This document shows positions 40,831-51,161 of a stretch of DNA of 64,000 nucleotides, piece by piece. Within the stretch, counting starts at the first letter, position 1; every line of letters begins with the position of its first letter. This stretch comes from an uncultured cyanobacterium. GTDB taxonomy: Bacteria > Cyanobacteriota > Cyanobacteriia > PCC-6307 > Cyanobiaceae. The translations under genes were made by a program, and so were the position numbers. Below the pieces are notes generated by a model that had not been told where the DNA came from, searched no databases, and saw nothing but the letters and a program-made list of their open reading frames with translations. The DNA is taken from the NCBI GenBank assembly GCA_963697335.1, contig CAVONQ010000018.1, forward strand, positions 478,745-542,744, given 5' to 3'.

Positions 40831-40861
40831 CCGTCGCCTCAGCGACCCAGCGGATCCTAGA

Positions 40862-41512
40862 TCACGACCCCCGACGCTCAGGGGTGCGGGCCAGGCAGGC
40901 CAGGCCCAGCACACGCCAGCCGGCGGTTTCGAGGGCGGCCGCGGCGTGGCAGGCGGTGGCTCCGGTGGTGAGGATGTCATCGAGCAGCATCAGCGGGCGC
41001 CTACCGCGGCGATCCCCCCGGGCGGGGCTCGCGCAGTGGAAGGCACCCTCCTGGTTGGCCCAGCGCAGTTCCCGGTTGAGGCGGTGCTGCCCCAGCACAG
41101 GCCGGCTGCGGACCAGCAGGGGCGCCTGGGGCCAGCCAAGCTGGCCCGAGAGCTGCTTCGCCAGCATGGGCGGCAGGGGATTGGGCCGACGCTTCCAACT
41201 GGGGACGGGGACCAGCAGGGGGCGCTCCCTGCCCACCACCGGGCCCGAATCGGCCCGCAGGCCCTCCGCCAGGGTGCTCACCAGGGGCCGCAATCCCTGA
41301 GGCCTCAGCTCACGGCGCAGGCCCAGCAGGTGGCGGCGCAGCCCACCGTCGTAGAGCCCGGCGGACCACCAGGGCAGGGGCTCGCTGCCTCGAAGGGGAG
41401 CCGCCTCCAGCTGCCAGGCCCTGGTGGCGCTCCCTGCTGGGGAGCTGGGGTCGCGCACCAGCCACTCCAGGGGCAGCAGTTCCCCCAGGCCAGCCCAGAA
41501 CCCTGCACTCAT
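40862..41512 (-). CDS. comF: ComF-family phosphoribosyltransferase-like competence protein
   Basis: LVPVPS, QHRLNRELRWANQEGAF and LLDDILTTGAT motifs; no N-terminal zinc finger visible. Confidence 0.85.
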   Translation of the reverse strand: MSAGFWAGLGELLPLEWLVRDPSSPAGSATRAWQLEAAPLRGSEPLPWWSAGLYDGGLRRHLLGLRRELRPQGLRPLVSTLAEGLRADSGPVVGRERPLLVPVPSWKRRPNPLPPMLAKQLSGQLGWPQAPLLVRSRPVLGQHRLNRELRWANQEGAFHCASPARGDRRGRRPLMLLDDILTTGATACHAAAALETAGWRVLGLACLARTPERRGS

Positions 41513-41554
41513 GGCCCTACGGCTCAAGACTGTCTCAGCCTTGCCCCATCGGCG

Positions 41555-41830
41555 TCAGCCCGGTGTCTGGGGCATGGCCCGCAGCATCGCCACCAGGGTG
41601 CGGTGGGCGTCTTCGCTGTCGGTGAGGGTGTGGTCGAAGGCCACCTGGATGCTGCGGCCGTCCACGTCGAGCTGCATTGCTTCGGGCTGAACGGTGAGCA
41701 TGCGGGCCTGGCTGGCGTCGGCCACGCCGCCGTAGTGGCGGGCATAGCTGAGCACCGCTTCGGCGTGGTCGTCGTTCATGTGCTTGCAGATCCGATCGCT
41801 CACGGCGGGGGTGAGGGGGTCGGCGGCCAT
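41555..41830 (-). CDS. DUF2470-domain protein
   Basis: RICKHMNDDHAEAVLSYA...AHRTLVAM. Confidence 0.85.
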   Translation of the reverse strand: MAADPLTPAVSDRICKHMNDDHAEAVLSYARHYGGVADASQARMLTVQPEAMQLDVDGRSIQVAFDHTLTDSEDAHRTLVAMLRAMPQTPG

Positions 41831-41864
41831 GGAGGTCAGCGCGGGGGGTTCGATTCTGGGGCTT

Positions 41865-41984
41865 CTAGCCGGCGGCGAAGCGCTGCCACAGGAGCAGGCC
41901 CAGCCGGATGGCGCTGAAGCTCACGTAGCCCGCCAGCAGCACGAACAGGCCCATGGAGATCCAGGTGCGCAGACGGTCGTTCAT
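41865..41984 (-). CDS. Small single-TM hypothetical protein
   Basis: MNDRLRTWISMGLFVLLAGYVSFSAIRLGLLLWQRF; ATGA overlap with the upstream kinase stop. Confidence 0.7.
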   Translation of the reverse strand: MNDRLRTWISMGLFVLLAGYVSFSAIRLGLLLWQRFAAG

Positions 41985-43285
41985 CGGAGTTCGGGAGTGG
42001 ACTGGAGGGTGGATGCGGCCAGTCTGGCCATGCCCAGGGCGGCTGAGAGGCCTGGGCGGTTGAGCACGGGCACCCCGAGGCGCTGCTCGCGCAGGCGCCG
42101 CCACTGGGGATTGCGGGCGCCGCCGCCGAGGCTGATCACCCGCTGGATCGGGGGTGCCCCCAGGCTGGCCAGCCGCTGCCAGCCGGCCTGCTCGATCGCC
42201 GCCAACCCCTCCAGCAAGGCCTGGAGAAAGTGCACGTCACTCACGGGCCTGGGCCCCAGGATCGGCTCCAGGTCGGGGTCGTCCACGGGGAAGCGCTCAC
42301 CACGCCCGGGCAGGGGCCGCAGCTCCAGACCCGTGGGCCTTGACGGGTCGATCTGGCGGCTCAGCTCGGCCAGTTGAGCCGGGTTGAAGAACTGGCCCAG
42401 CACGCCGGCGCCGCTGTTGGAGGCGCCTCCCACCAGCCAGCGGCCGGCCACCCGATGGCAACTGAGGCCAGGGCCCTTCAGGGGCTCAGGGCAGAATTGC
42501 TTCAGCACCAGGGTGGTGCCCAGCACGGCCACACCATCGCCGGGGCCTGGAGCGGCCGCGAGCACGGCGGCATTGGCGTCTGTGCTGCCGGCCACCACCT
42601 GGCAGCTGGCCGGCAGCCCCAGGCTGCGGGCACTGCCGGCGGCGAGACGGCCGAGCACGCTGCCGCTGGCGCAGATCCGTGGCAGGGCCGCGCTCCAGGG
42701 CTGGGCGCCGATGCTGCCCTGCCAGCTCTGGCGCACCGGGTCCCAGCCCAGACGCAGGTTGTTGCCGGCTTCGCCCCAGCGCCAGTCCGCCAGCAGCCAG
42801 CCCATCAGCCAGTCGGCCTGATGGCGCAGCAGCAGTGCGGCGCCGGGGGCCGGGGCGGTCTCCAGCAGCCGCAGGGCCCTGGCCAGGCTGCCGCTGGCAC
42901 TGGCGGCGGGGGAGGCTGCCTCCCTCTCGCCCGTGCCAGCCCCGTCGCCCGCGGCCAGCTGCCGGGCTCTGCTGACCTGCTCGGGGCAGGCCGTGGCGTA
43001 GGAGAGGGCCTGGCCAAGGGGACCCTCCAGCAGGCTGCCGTCCCGGTGGCAGAGCAGCAGGGTGCCGGAGGTGCCGTCGATGGCGATGGCGCCCACGCTG
43101 GCGCGCAGCTCGGGCGACAGACGGGCGCAGAGGGCCACCAGGCCCTCTCGCCAGCTGGCGGGATCGCTGAAGGCGGCGGGATAGGCGGCGGCGTGCTCAG
43201 CCAGCAGCTGGCCGCCGCTGTCGCAGGCCGCCAGCCGCAGGCCGCTGCTGCCCAGGTCCAGACCAAGGGCGCAGGGGCTGGGCAC
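41981..43285 (-). CDS. FGGY-family carbohydrate kinase
   Basis: LGLDLGSSG, IDGTSGT, GSTD, LGTTL, GGASNSG and GGGARN motifs. Confidence 0.9.
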   Translation of the reverse strand: MPSPCALGLDLGSSGLRLAACDSGGQLLAEHAAAYPAAFSDPASWREGLVALCARLSPELRASVGAIAIDGTSGTLLLCHRDGSLLEGPLGQALSYATACPEQVSRARQLAAGDGAGTGEREAASPAASASGSLARALRLLETAPAPGAALLLRHQADWLMGWLLADWRWGEAGNNLRLGWDPVRQSWQGSIGAQPWSAALPRICASGSVLGRLAAGSARSLGLPASCQVVAGSTDANAAVLAAAPGPGDGVAVLGTTLVLKQFCPEPLKGPGLSCHRVAGRWLVGGASNSGAGVLGQFFNPAQLAELSRQIDPSRPTGLELRPLPGRGERFPVDDPDLEPILGPRPVSDVHFLQALLEGLAAIEQAGWQRLASLGAPPIQRVISLGGGARNPQWRRLREQRLGVPVLNRPGLSAALGMARLAASTLQSTPELR

Positions 43286-43310
43286 GGCAGCGATCCTGAT
43301 TCGACCAGGC

Positions 43311-44591
43311 TCAGGCCGCTGCGGCGATGGCGCTGCGCTCGCCGCTGGCTGAAGTGGCGGCCTGGCTGGCCTCCTTCAGGGTGGCGGCGATGCCGTCGAC
43401 GTTCTCCCAGGGCAGGTCCAGGTCGGTGCGGCCGAAGTGGCCGTAGGCCGCCACGTCCTGGTAGAAGCGACCGCCGCGCTGCTGGGGAAGGTCGCGCAAG
43501 GCAAAGGTTTCGATGATGGCGCCTGGACGCAGGTCGAAGTGTTCCTGCACCAGGGCGGTGAGGTCAGCGTTGCTGAGGCTGCCGGTGCCGAAACTCTCCA
43601 CCAGGATGCTCACCGGCCTGGCCACGCCGATGGCATAGCTCAGCTGCACTTCGACCTTGCGGGCCAGGCCCGCTGCCACCAGGGCCTTGGCCACGTAGCG
43701 GGCGGCGTAGGCGGCGGAGCGATCCACCTTGGTGGGATCCTTGCCGGAGAAGGCGCCACCGCCGTGGCGGGCATAGCCGCCGTAGGTGTCCACGATGATC
43801 TTGCGTCCCGTGAGGCCCGCATCCCCCTGGGGGCCTCCCACCACGAACTTGCCAGTGGGGTTCACCAGGAAGCGGGTGCTCTCCTGGGTCGGCTTCAGGG
43901 CCAGGTCGCCGGTGGCAGGCAGAACCACATGGGCCCAGAGATCGGCGGCGATGCGCTCGCGCAGCCCTTTCTCGTCACTGATGCCGTCGATCTCCGGGGT
44001 GTGCTGGGTGGAGATCAGAATCGTGTCGATGGCCACGGGAACGTCGTTCTCGTACACCACGCTCACCTGGGTTTTGCCGTCCGGCAGCAGGTAGGGGAGG
44101 CTGCCGTCATGGCGCACCGCCGCCAGCTGGCGGGCCAGGCGGTGCGCCAGGCTGATCGGCAGGGGCATCAGTTCGGGCGTTTCGTTGCAGGCGTAGCCGA
44201 ACATGATGCCCTGGTCGCCGGCCCCGATCTTGTCGAGGGGATCGCCGGCGTGGTCGTCGGCCTCATCGACGCCCTGGGCGATGTCGGGCGACTGCTGATC
44301 GAGGGCCACCAGCACGGCACAGCTGTGGGAATCGAACCCGCCGGCCCTGGCACCGCTGTAGCCGATCTGGCTGATCACATCCCGCACCAGGGTGTTGAAG
44401 TCCACCCGGGCTGTGGTGGTCACCTCGCCGGTGATCAGGCAGAGCCCGGTATTGACCACTGTTTCGCAGGCCACCCGGGAGGCGGGATCCTGCTGCAGCA
44501 GGGCGTCGAGCACGGCGTCGCTCACCTGGTCACAGATCTTGTCGGGATGACCTTCGGTCACCGACTCCGAGGTGAACACATACCGGCTCAT
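43311..44591 (-). CDS. metK: S-adenosylmethionine synthetase
   Basis: [19 protein letters not shown] and [16 protein letters not shown] motifs. Confidence 0.98.
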   Translation of the reverse strand: MSRYVFTSESVTEGHPDKICDQVSDAVLDALLQQDPASRVACETVVNTGLCLITGEVTTTARVDFNTLVRDVISQIGYSGARAGGFDSHSCAVLVALDQQSPDIAQGVDEADDHAGDPLDKIGAGDQGIMFGYACNETPELMPLPISLAHRLARQLAAVRHDGSLPYLLPDGKTQVSVVYENDVPVAIDTILISTQHTPEIDGISDEKGLRERIAADLWAHVVLPATGDLALKPTQESTRFLVNPTGKFVVGGPQGDAGLTGRKIIVDTYGGYARHGGGAFSGKDPTKVDRSAAYAARYVAKALVAAGLARKVEVQLSYAIGVARPVSILVESFGTGSLSNADLTALVQEHFDLRPGAIIETFALRDLPQQRGGRFYQDVAAYGHFGRTDLDLPWENVDGIAATLKEASQAATSASGERSAIAAAA

Positions 44592-44617
44592 GGCATGGGG
44601 CCTGTGGGGGCACCAGC

Positions 44618-45415
44618 CTATGGCGTGATCGGGCCGCCCTGGCGCGCCTCCAGATCAGACCACTGGCTGACCTGGGGAAAGCAGGGATCCAGGGGAGGTG
44701 GGCTGCTCCAGCCCGCCAGATAGCCGAGCACCACGCCCACACCAGCGCTGCGGGCCATGCGCAGGTCGCTGTTGGCATCGCCGATCAGGGCACAGCGCTC
44801 CGGAGGTACGTCCAGGGCTTCACACAGGGCCAGCACGGCGGCGGGGTCTGGTTTGCGGGGGGTGTGTTCAGCGCTCCAGCTGGCCTGGAAGTGCTGGCGA
44901 ATCCCCTGGCTCTGCAGAAACGCCTCGATGCCGGCTTGGTCGTCGTTGCTGATCACGGCGCAGCGCAACCCTGCTGCGGCGAGCCCATCCACCAACCCAT
45001 GCAGTCCTGGGGTGGCTCCTGGAGGGCTGGCGCTGCCACGGCCGTGCAGGTGGTCGGTGGCAGCGAAGACGGCCTGGCTGAGCTCGAGGGCCTCAGGCCA
45101 GCCGAGACCCACCTGGGCCAGGGCCGTGGCCGTGGAGATCAGGTTGTGCTCGCGGCAGGCCACGGCCGTGGTGCCGGCTGGATCGATGCCCTGCCCCCTC
45201 AAGCCGTAGGCCTGCCGCAGCAGTTCCTGGGCCCGGGAGCCCTCGCTGGCGTGGAGGGGGCCATGGCGTTCGCCCAGCAGTCTCAAGCCATGAAACACCC
45301 TGGCCCTGGCCAGGGCCAGGAGCATGGGTTCGCTGATCGAGAGGGTGCCGTCCTTGTCGAACAGCACGGCCTCCACCTCCCCGATCGGTTTGCCCCTCAG
45401 CAGCAGCAGGGCCAC
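44618..45415 (-). CDS. HAD-family hydrolase
   Basis: [16 protein letters not shown] and IGDANSD motifs. Confidence 0.9.
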   Translation of the reverse strand: MALLLLRGKPIGEVEAVLFDKDGTLSISEPMLLALARARVFHGLRLLGERHGPLHASEGSRAQELLRQAYGLRGQGIDPAGTTAVACREHNLISTATALAQVGLGWPEALELSQAVFAATDHLHGRGSASPPGATPGLHGLVDGLAAAGLRCAVISNDDQAGIEAFLQSQGIRQHFQASWSAEHTPRKPDPAAVLALCEALDVPPERCALIGDANSDLRMARSAGVGVVLGYLAGWSSPPPLDPCFPQVSQWSDLEARQGGPITP

Positions 45416-45427
45416 GGTGGCGGCTGC

Positions 45428-46483
45428 TCAGTCGACGGTGACGCCCATGGGCTCGTTGTCCTCGGCCTGCTCCAACAGCATCTGCTTGTAGCGGGCGGCC
45501 ATCTCCTCGGCCTTGTCGAACACCTTCTGGGGGTCGGTGAGCATGTCGCCGGGTTCCGGCTCCAGGGCCTTGGTGGAGAGGGAGATGCGACCGCGCTCGG
45601 CATCCAGGTCGATGATCATCACCTTCATCTGGTCGTTCACATTCAGCACCGTGTGGGGCGTTTCGATGTGCTCGTGGCTGATCTCGGAGATGTGCAGCAG
45701 GCCACTCACGCCGCCGATGTCGATGAAGGCGCCATAGGGCTTGATGCCGCGCACGGTGCCCAGCACCACTTCGCCCACCTCGAGGCGATTCATCTTGCGC
45801 TCCACCAGGGCGCGGCGATGGCTGAGCACCAGGCGGTTGCGCTCCTCATCAACCTCCAGGAACTTGAGGGGCAGGAAGTCGGCCACCAGCTCCTCCTTGG
45901 CCTTGCGGGTGCTGATGTGGCTGCCGGGGATGAAGCCCCGCAGGCCCTCCACCCGCACCAGGGCACCACCTCGGTTGGTGGCGAACACCTCGGAGTAGAT
46001 GGTGGCGTCTTCCTTCTGGAGCTGGCGCACCCGCTCCCAGGCACGCTGGTACTCGATGCGGCGGATCGAGAGGGTGAGCTGGCCGTCCTCGTTCTCCTCG
46101 CTGAGGATGAAGAACTCACGGATCTCGCCGGGCTCCAGCACATCGCTAAGCCCCTCCACCCGGTTGATCGACACCTCCTGCAGGGGCATGAAGGCGGCCG
46201 TCTTGGCCCCGATGTCGATCATCGCGCCCTTGGATTCCAGGGCGAACACGGTGCCGTTGACGACGTCGCCTGGCTTGAAGTTGTAGTCGTACTTGCTGAG
46301 CAGGGCGGCGAACTCATCCAGCGTGAAGCCCACGCCGTCGAGGTCACGGGTGGCTGCGCGGCTGCTGGGGTCGTCTGCTGTCGGGACCTCTTCCGGGATG
46401 GCGAGGTCGAGTTCGTCGGCCGCTTCAACGGCAAGGGCGAGATCGGCCTCGGTGCTGCTGATGTCGGAAGGGGTCACGGTCAT
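45428..46483 (-). CDS. rpsA: 30S ribosomal protein S1 (three S1 domains)
   Basis: YNFKPGDVVNGTV, IDIGAKTAAF, GLRGFIPGSHI and YGAFIDIGGVSGLLHISEIS motifs; start ATG 46483. Confidence 0.96.
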   Translation of the reverse strand: MTVTPSDISSTEADLALAVEAADELDLAIPEEVPTADDPSSRAATRDLDGVGFTLDEFAALLSKYDYNFKPGDVVNGTVFALESKGAMIDIGAKTAAFMPLQEVSINRVEGLSDVLEPGEIREFFILSEENEDGQLTLSIRRIEYQRAWERVRQLQKEDATIYSEVFATNRGGALVRVEGLRGFIPGSHISTRKAKEELVADFLPLKFLEVDEERNRLVLSHRRALVERKMNRLEVGEVVLGTVRGIKPYGAFIDIGGVSGLLHISEISHEHIETPHTVLNVNDQMKVMIIDLDAERGRISLSTKALEPEPGDMLTDPQKVFDKAEEMAARYKQMLLEQAEDNEPMGVTVD

Positions 46484-46583
46484 GGAGAGTTGGCGGTCTG
46501 CCCGAGGCAGGGTGAAGGGATCGACGAGCCCGCCCGCCAGCGGTCCGTCGCGATCTATCACTGTATCAACGGGGCTGGGCCCC

Positions 46584-47069
46584 CTAGCCGATCGCCGCCA
46601 GCTCCGTGGCCTTGCTGGCACGGCGATTGAGGCGTTCGAGGGCGGCCACGAAATCGCTGATGCCCTGGAACTGCCGATACACCGAGGCAAAGCGCACGTA
46701 GGCCACTTCGCTCATCTCGGCCAGTTGCTGCAACACCAACTCGCCGATGTCGGCGCTGGTGACTTCCCGGCAAGAGCGCTGCTGCAGCTGCAGTTCGATC
46801 TCATCCACCACCAGTTCCAGCCGTGCTGGCTCCAGCCCGGTTTTCTCGCAGGCCCTCAGCAAGCCGTGCAGCAGCTTGGCGCGGTTGAAGGTTTCACGGC
46901 TGCCGTTGCGCTTCACCACCGTGATCGGCACAGTTTCCACCCGTTCATAGGTGGTGAAACGGAACTCACAGTTCAGACATTCGCGGCGGCGTCGGACGCT
47001 CCTGCCGCTGTCAGCCGCCCTTGATTCGAGCACCCGGCTGTCGGTGTGTTGGCAGGAGGGGCATTGCAT
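46584..47069 (-). CDS. nrdR: Transcriptional repressor NrdR
   Basis: MQCPSC...SRVLESR...RRRRECLNC...RFTTYE, ATP-cone, [10 protein letters not shown]. Confidence 0.97.
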   Translation of the reverse strand: MQCPSCQHTDSRVLESRAADSGRSVRRRRECLNCEFRFTTYERVETVPITVVKRNGSRETFNRAKLLHGLLRACEKTGLEPARLELVVDEIELQLQQRSCREVTSADIGELVLQQLAEMSEVAYVRFASVYRQFQGISDFVAALERLNRRASKATELAAIG

Positions 47070-47137
47070 CCCCGAAATTCCGCGCTGGGTTTGAGAAGTT
47101 TAAGCAGCCGATCTGCCCTTGAGAAGGGCTGTGCAGC

Positions 47138-47164
47138 AAAAAGCCCCTGACGAAGTCAGGGGCT
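47138..47164 (-). terminator. Intrinsic terminator after psbB-psbT
   Basis: Plus strand AAAA-AGCCCCTGAC-GAA-GTCAGGGGCT. Confidence 0.88.
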
Positions 47165-47204
47165 GGCCCAGCCCGAAGGCTGCTGGGATCAGGAAAACCA
47201 GGGT

Positions 47205-47300
47205 CTATTTGCCAATCTTCGGCGGGTCGCGGAAGGCGATCGCAAAGAAGAGAGTGGCCAAGGCCAGGGTCAGGATCAGGATGTAAGCGAAGCTCTCCAT
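47205..47300 (-). CDS. psbT: Photosystem II reaction centre protein T
   Basis: Manual translation [31 protein letters not shown]; too short for the ORF track. Confidence 0.95.
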   Translation of the reverse strand: MESFAYILILTLALATLFFAIAFRDPPKIGK

Positions 47301-47315
47301 GGGGTGACTCCCGGG

Positions 47316-48875
47316 TCAGCTGAGGGTGGAGCCGGCAGGGGGCACGTAGCCCTCCGGCAGGCGGCGGGTCGACTTGTCGCCCAGCTTCTGGAACAGGCCG
47401 AACTCCACCTGGTCGCCCAGATCGGGGTCGATCCCGGCGAACACATCGCGGTAGAGGGTACGGGCACCGTGCCAGATGTGGCCGAAGAAGAACAGCAGCG
47501 CGAAGGTGGCATGGCCGAAGGTGAACCAGCCGCGGGGTGAGCTGCGGAAGGTGCCGTCGGAGTGGTAGGTCTCGCGGTCGAACTCGAAGGCCTCGCCAAG
47601 CTGGGCCTTACGGGCCAGCCGCTTGACAGCGGCTGGATCGGTGAAGGTCTGGCCGTTGAGGGCACCGCCATAGACGGTGGCCGTGATGCCGGTTTGCTCA
47701 AAGGAGTACTTGGCCTCGGCCCGGCGGAACGGGATGTCCCCCCGCACGATGCCGTCCTGGTCTTCGAGCACCACGGGGAAGTTCTCGAAGAAGTTGGGCA
47801 GGCGGCGCACCTGCAGGTCGCGGCCCTCCTTGTCGGTGAAGGAGATGTGGCCGAGCCAGCCGGTGGGCAGGCCATCGCCGTTCACCATCGGACCCACGCG
47901 GAACAGGCCGCCCTTGGCAGGGCTGTTGCCCACGTAGTCATAGAAGGCGAGCTTCTCGGGGATGGAGCCATAGGCCTGCTCCATGGAAGCTCCGTTGTCG
48001 AGGGCCGTCTGGACCCTGCGGCTGATCTCGGCCTTGAAGTAGCCCTGGTCCCACTGGAAGCGGGTGGGGCCGAACAGCTCCACCGGCGTGGCGGCGGCGC
48101 CGTACCACATGGTGCCCGCCACCACGAATGCGGCAAAGAACACGGCGGCGATGGCGGAGGCCAGCACCGTTTCGATGTTGCCCATCCGCAGGGCCTTGTA
48201 GAGGCGCTCCGGCGGACGGGTGGTGATGTGGAAGATGCCGGCGATGATGCCCACAATGCCGGCGGCGATGTGGTGGGCCACGATGCCGCCGGGGTTGAAG
48301 GGGTTGAAGCCCTCAGGTCCCCAGGAGGGCTGCACGGGCTCCAGATGCCCGGCAATGCCGTAGGCGTCGCTCACCCACATCCCCGGGCCGAAAACGCCCG
48401 TGAGGTGGAAGGCGCCGAAGCCGAAGCAGCCGAGGCCTGCCAGCAGCAGGTGGATGCCGAAGATCTTCGGCAGGTCCAGGGCGGGTTCGCCGGTGCGGGG
48501 GTCCTGCCAGATCTCGAGATCCCAGAAGGTCCAGTGCCAGATGGCGGCCAGGAACAGCAGGCCGCTGAAGACGATGTGGGCGGCGGCCACGCCCTCGAAG
48601 CTCCAGAAGCCTGGATCCACCCCGGTTTCACCGGTGATGCTCCAGCCACCCCAGCTGCCGGTGACCCCAAGACGGGCCATGAAGGGCATGACGAACATCC
48701 CCTGGCGCCACATGGGGTTGAGCACCGGGTCGGATGGATCGAAGATCGCGAGCTCATAGAGCGCCATGGAGCCGGCCCAGCCGGCCACCAGCGCGGTGTG
48801 CATGAGGTGCACGGCCAACAGTCGGCCCGGGTCGTTGATGACGACCGTGTGCACCCGATACCAGGGCAGTCCCAT
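47316..48875 (-). CDS. psbB: Photosystem II CP47
   Basis: [41 protein letters not shown]... Confidence 0.99.
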   Translation of the reverse strand: MGLPWYRVHTVVINDPGRLLAVHLMHTALVAGWAGSMALYELAIFDPSDPVLNPMWRQGMFVMPFMARLGVTGSWGGWSITGETGVDPGFWSFEGVAAAHIVFSGLLFLAAIWHWTFWDLEIWQDPRTGEPALDLPKIFGIHLLLAGLGCFGFGAFHLTGVFGPGMWVSDAYGIAGHLEPVQPSWGPEGFNPFNPGGIVAHHIAAGIVGIIAGIFHITTRPPERLYKALRMGNIETVLASAIAAVFFAAFVVAGTMWYGAAATPVELFGPTRFQWDQGYFKAEISRRVQTALDNGASMEQAYGSIPEKLAFYDYVGNSPAKGGLFRVGPMVNGDGLPTGWLGHISFTDKEGRDLQVRRLPNFFENFPVVLEDQDGIVRGDIPFRRAEAKYSFEQTGITATVYGGALNGQTFTDPAAVKRLARKAQLGEAFEFDRETYHSDGTFRSSPRGWFTFGHATFALLFFFGHIWHGARTLYRDVFAGIDPDLGDQVEFGLFQKLGDKSTRRLPEGYVPPAGSTLS

Positions 48876-48902
48876 GGGGAGTCGTTCTGGGTGGGTTGGG
48901 CG

Positions 48903-48955
48903 ATCGTAAGGGTGGGCACGCCTCCGGCGCGGCGCAGGTTACGGACCGCAACGGC
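48903..48955 (-). promoter_or_regulatory. Candidate psbB promoter
   Basis: -10 TACGAT (48903-48908); plus strand GTTACGGA-CC-GCAACGGC at 48938-48955. Confidence 0.55.
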
Positions 48956-48989
48956 GCGTCCCAGAATGGGGATTGCCGCGCCAACTCTG

Positions 48990-49481
48990 ATGCCCGTGAT
49001 CCGTTTCCTGCGAGAGGAACGCGATGTGGAGTGCTACCCCGGCGAAAACCTCAGGGAGGTGGCCCTTCGCGAAGGGGTTCAGCTGTATGGGCTGAAGGGG
49101 GCCCTGGGCAACTGCGGTGGCTGCGGCCAGTGCATCACCTGCTTCGTGGAAGTGCCTGAGGGCCAGGGAAGTCAGGCCCTCACGGGGCGCACCCCGGTGG
49201 AAGACCAGAAGCTCAAGCGTCGCCCGGCCAACTGGCGGCTGGCCTGCCAGGCCCTGGTGCAGCAGTCGCTGGTGGTGATCACCCGGCCCCAGGTGGGCCT
49301 GGCCGACAAGGACCGGCGCCAGGCGGTCGCCATGGCTACACCCTTGCCGCCTGGACCCACGAGCTGGCCCGAGCCCCCCGCTGCCAGCGAGGAGGAGGCC
49401 GGCCCCGATCCGCAGGCCGTGGAACCGGGCGCCGCCGATGGGGCTTCGGATCGCGGTGCAACGGCCGGTGAAGGCTCCTGA
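48990..49481 (+). CDS. 2Fe-2S ferredoxin-like protein
   Basis: GENLREVAL...[11 protein letters not shown]...WRLACQ. Confidence 0.9.
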   Translation: MPVIRFLREERDVECYPGENLREVALREGVQLYGLKGALGNCGGCGQCITCFVEVPEGQGSQALTGRTPVEDQKLKRRPANWRLACQALVQQSLVVITRPQVGLADKDRRQAVAMATPLPPGPTSWPEPPAASEEEAGPDPQAVEPGAADGASDRGATAGEGS

Positions 49482-49530
49482 AAGCGGCCTGATCGCCGGT
49501 GATACCCTCCGGGTAAACCTCAGTTCATCC

Positions 49531-49638
49531 ATGGAAACCAACGATCTCGGCTTTGTTGCCAGCCTGATGTTCGTGTTGGTTCCCACCGTGTTCCTGCTGG
49601 TGCTCTACATCCAGACCAGCAGCCGTCAGGGCGGCTGA
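49531..49638 (+). CDS. psbM: Photosystem II protein M
   Basis: [29 protein letters not shown]. Confidence 0.96.
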   Translation: METNDLGFVASLMFVLVPTVFLLVLYIQTSSRQGG

Positions 49639-49763
49639 ACCTCCAGCCCTCGAGCCCCCGATCGGATTGGGTCTTCAGGGCTTGGGGTCCTTGCCCAGCT
49701 CGGGCGCAACCGTCCCGAGCCGGTTGGAGGCCGGCCTGGCCCAAGCCACTGACCCGCCTGGCC

Positions 49764-50612
49764 TCAGCGGCCGCTTTCCGGTTCCCGCACCAGCAGCACC
49801 GGCGCCGGGGCATGCACCCGGATGTAGTCGCTGACGGAGCTGCCCAGCAGACGGTCGAGATCCACCAGGGCCTTGGCCACCACGGGCCGTCGATCCTGGG
49901 AGGCGATCACCACCAGATCGGCCTTGATGTCCTCGGCGGCGCTGCACACGGTGCGTCCCACGTCGCCCGTGCGATGCAGCGGTTGAAGCGACACCCCCAG
50001 GCCGCGAGCCCGCTGAACGGCCCGCTCCAGCACCTCATCGGCAGGTGACCTGCCCCCCCGCGACGGTGTCAGATCCTGGCGGGTGACGTGGACCCCGGTG
50101 AGGCTGCCACCGGGAATTTCCCGCACCAGCTCGCAGGCCAGCTTGAGCGCGTCGTCGCCCACACCGGTGCCGTCGATGGCCACCAGCAGTCTGTTCAAAT
50201 GGCGCACGTAGAGGTCGTCGCGCACCAGCAGCATCGGCCGGGTCGACAGCTGGAACACGTACTGGCTGGCGCTATTGCTGAGGATCGACTGCAGCCGGCT
50301 CAGGCCCCTGGACCCCATCACGATCAGATCGGCGTTGAGCTCTTCGGCCACCAGCAGCACGGTCTGCTTGGTATCTCCCTGGCGAATGATCGTGTTCACC
50401 TCGCTGGGGTCAAGCTGTAGCCGGCCCACGGCGGCGGCCACGATGCCGGCGGCCTCTTGCCAGTGTTCCTGGAAGTTTTCTCCCGCCTGCTCCGGCACCA
50501 CGTGCAGGAGGTTGAGGCGTGCCTGGCGTACCACGGGGATGTCGCGGAGCATCCGCACCATTTCCTCCACGTGGCCTTTGCCGGAATCGGCGATCAGAAC
50601 GTTGCGAAACAC
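49764..50612 (-). CDS. Universal stress protein, tandem USP domains
   Basis: ADLIVMGSRG...SASQYV, second domain with LLGSSVSDY and PVLLVR. Confidence 0.92.
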   Translation of the reverse strand: MFRNVLIADSGKGHVEEMVRMLRDIPVVRQARLNLLHVVPEQAGENFQEHWQEAAGIVAAAVGRLQLDPSEVNTIIRQGDTKQTVLLVAEELNADLIVMGSRGLSRLQSILSNSASQYVFQLSTRPMLLVRDDLYVRHLNRLLVAIDGTGVGDDALKLACELVREIPGGSLTGVHVTRQDLTPSRGGRSPADEVLERAVQRARGLGVSLQPLHRTGDVGRTVCSAAEDIKADLVVIASQDRRPVVAKALVDLDRLLGSSVSDYIRVHAPAPVLLVREPESGR

Positions 50613-50672
50613 GGGTGCTGCGGTGGGCTTTCGGGCAGCCTATGGCGGTTTGCCGAGCACGAGGCTGCCGCC

Positions 50673-51128
50673 ATGCAGACCTTGATAGAGCCCAATGCCT
50701 GGGTGCTCCAGCGCCGGGTGCTGCCCCAGCACACCGACCATGCCGGCGTGATGTGGCACGGCGCCTATGTGGCCTGGCTGGAGGAGGCACGGGTGGAGGC
50801 CCTGGTGGCGGCTGGCCTGGCCTACAGCGCCCTCGCGGCCCGTGGCCTCGAACTGCCGGTGGTGGCCCTCTCGATCGACTACCGCCAGGCCCTCCGGCAC
50901 GGCGACACCGTGCGGCTGGCCAGCGTGGTGGAGGCGCGCCGGGGAGTCCGGATCCCCTGGCGCAGCTGGTTTCTCGCCCCGGATGGCAGGGTGGCCGCCA
51001 ACGCCGCAGTGGAGCTGGTGTTGGTGGATGGGTCCGCGGGCCTGGGGCGGCGGCGTGTGACCCGAGGCCTGCCAGCCGATCTGGAGGCGGCGCTGGCGGC
51101 CCTGCGGCGAGGCCCGACAGCGCCCTGA
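50673..51128 (+). CDS. Acyl-CoA thioesterase (4HBT/YbgC family)
   Basis: RVLPQHTDHAGVMWHGAYVAWLEEARVEAL. Confidence 0.9.
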   Translation: MQTLIEPNAWVLQRRVLPQHTDHAGVMWHGAYVAWLEEARVEALVAAGLAYSALAARGLELPVVALSIDYRQALRHGDTVRLASVVEARRGVRIPWRSWFLAPDGRVAANAAVELVLVDGSAGLGRRRVTRGLPADLEAALAALRRGPTAP

Positions 51129-51140
51129 AGATCTAGCATT

Positions 51141-51154
51141 GGTACAGATGTACT
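51141..51154. promoter_or_regulatory. Cyanobacterial LexA box upstream of dprA
   Basis: GGTACAGATGTACT fits RGTAC-NNN-DGTWCB. It lies just after a -10-like TAGCAT (51134-51139) and 7 nt before ATG 51162. Confidence 0.75.
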
Positions 51155-51161
51155 GATCGTC

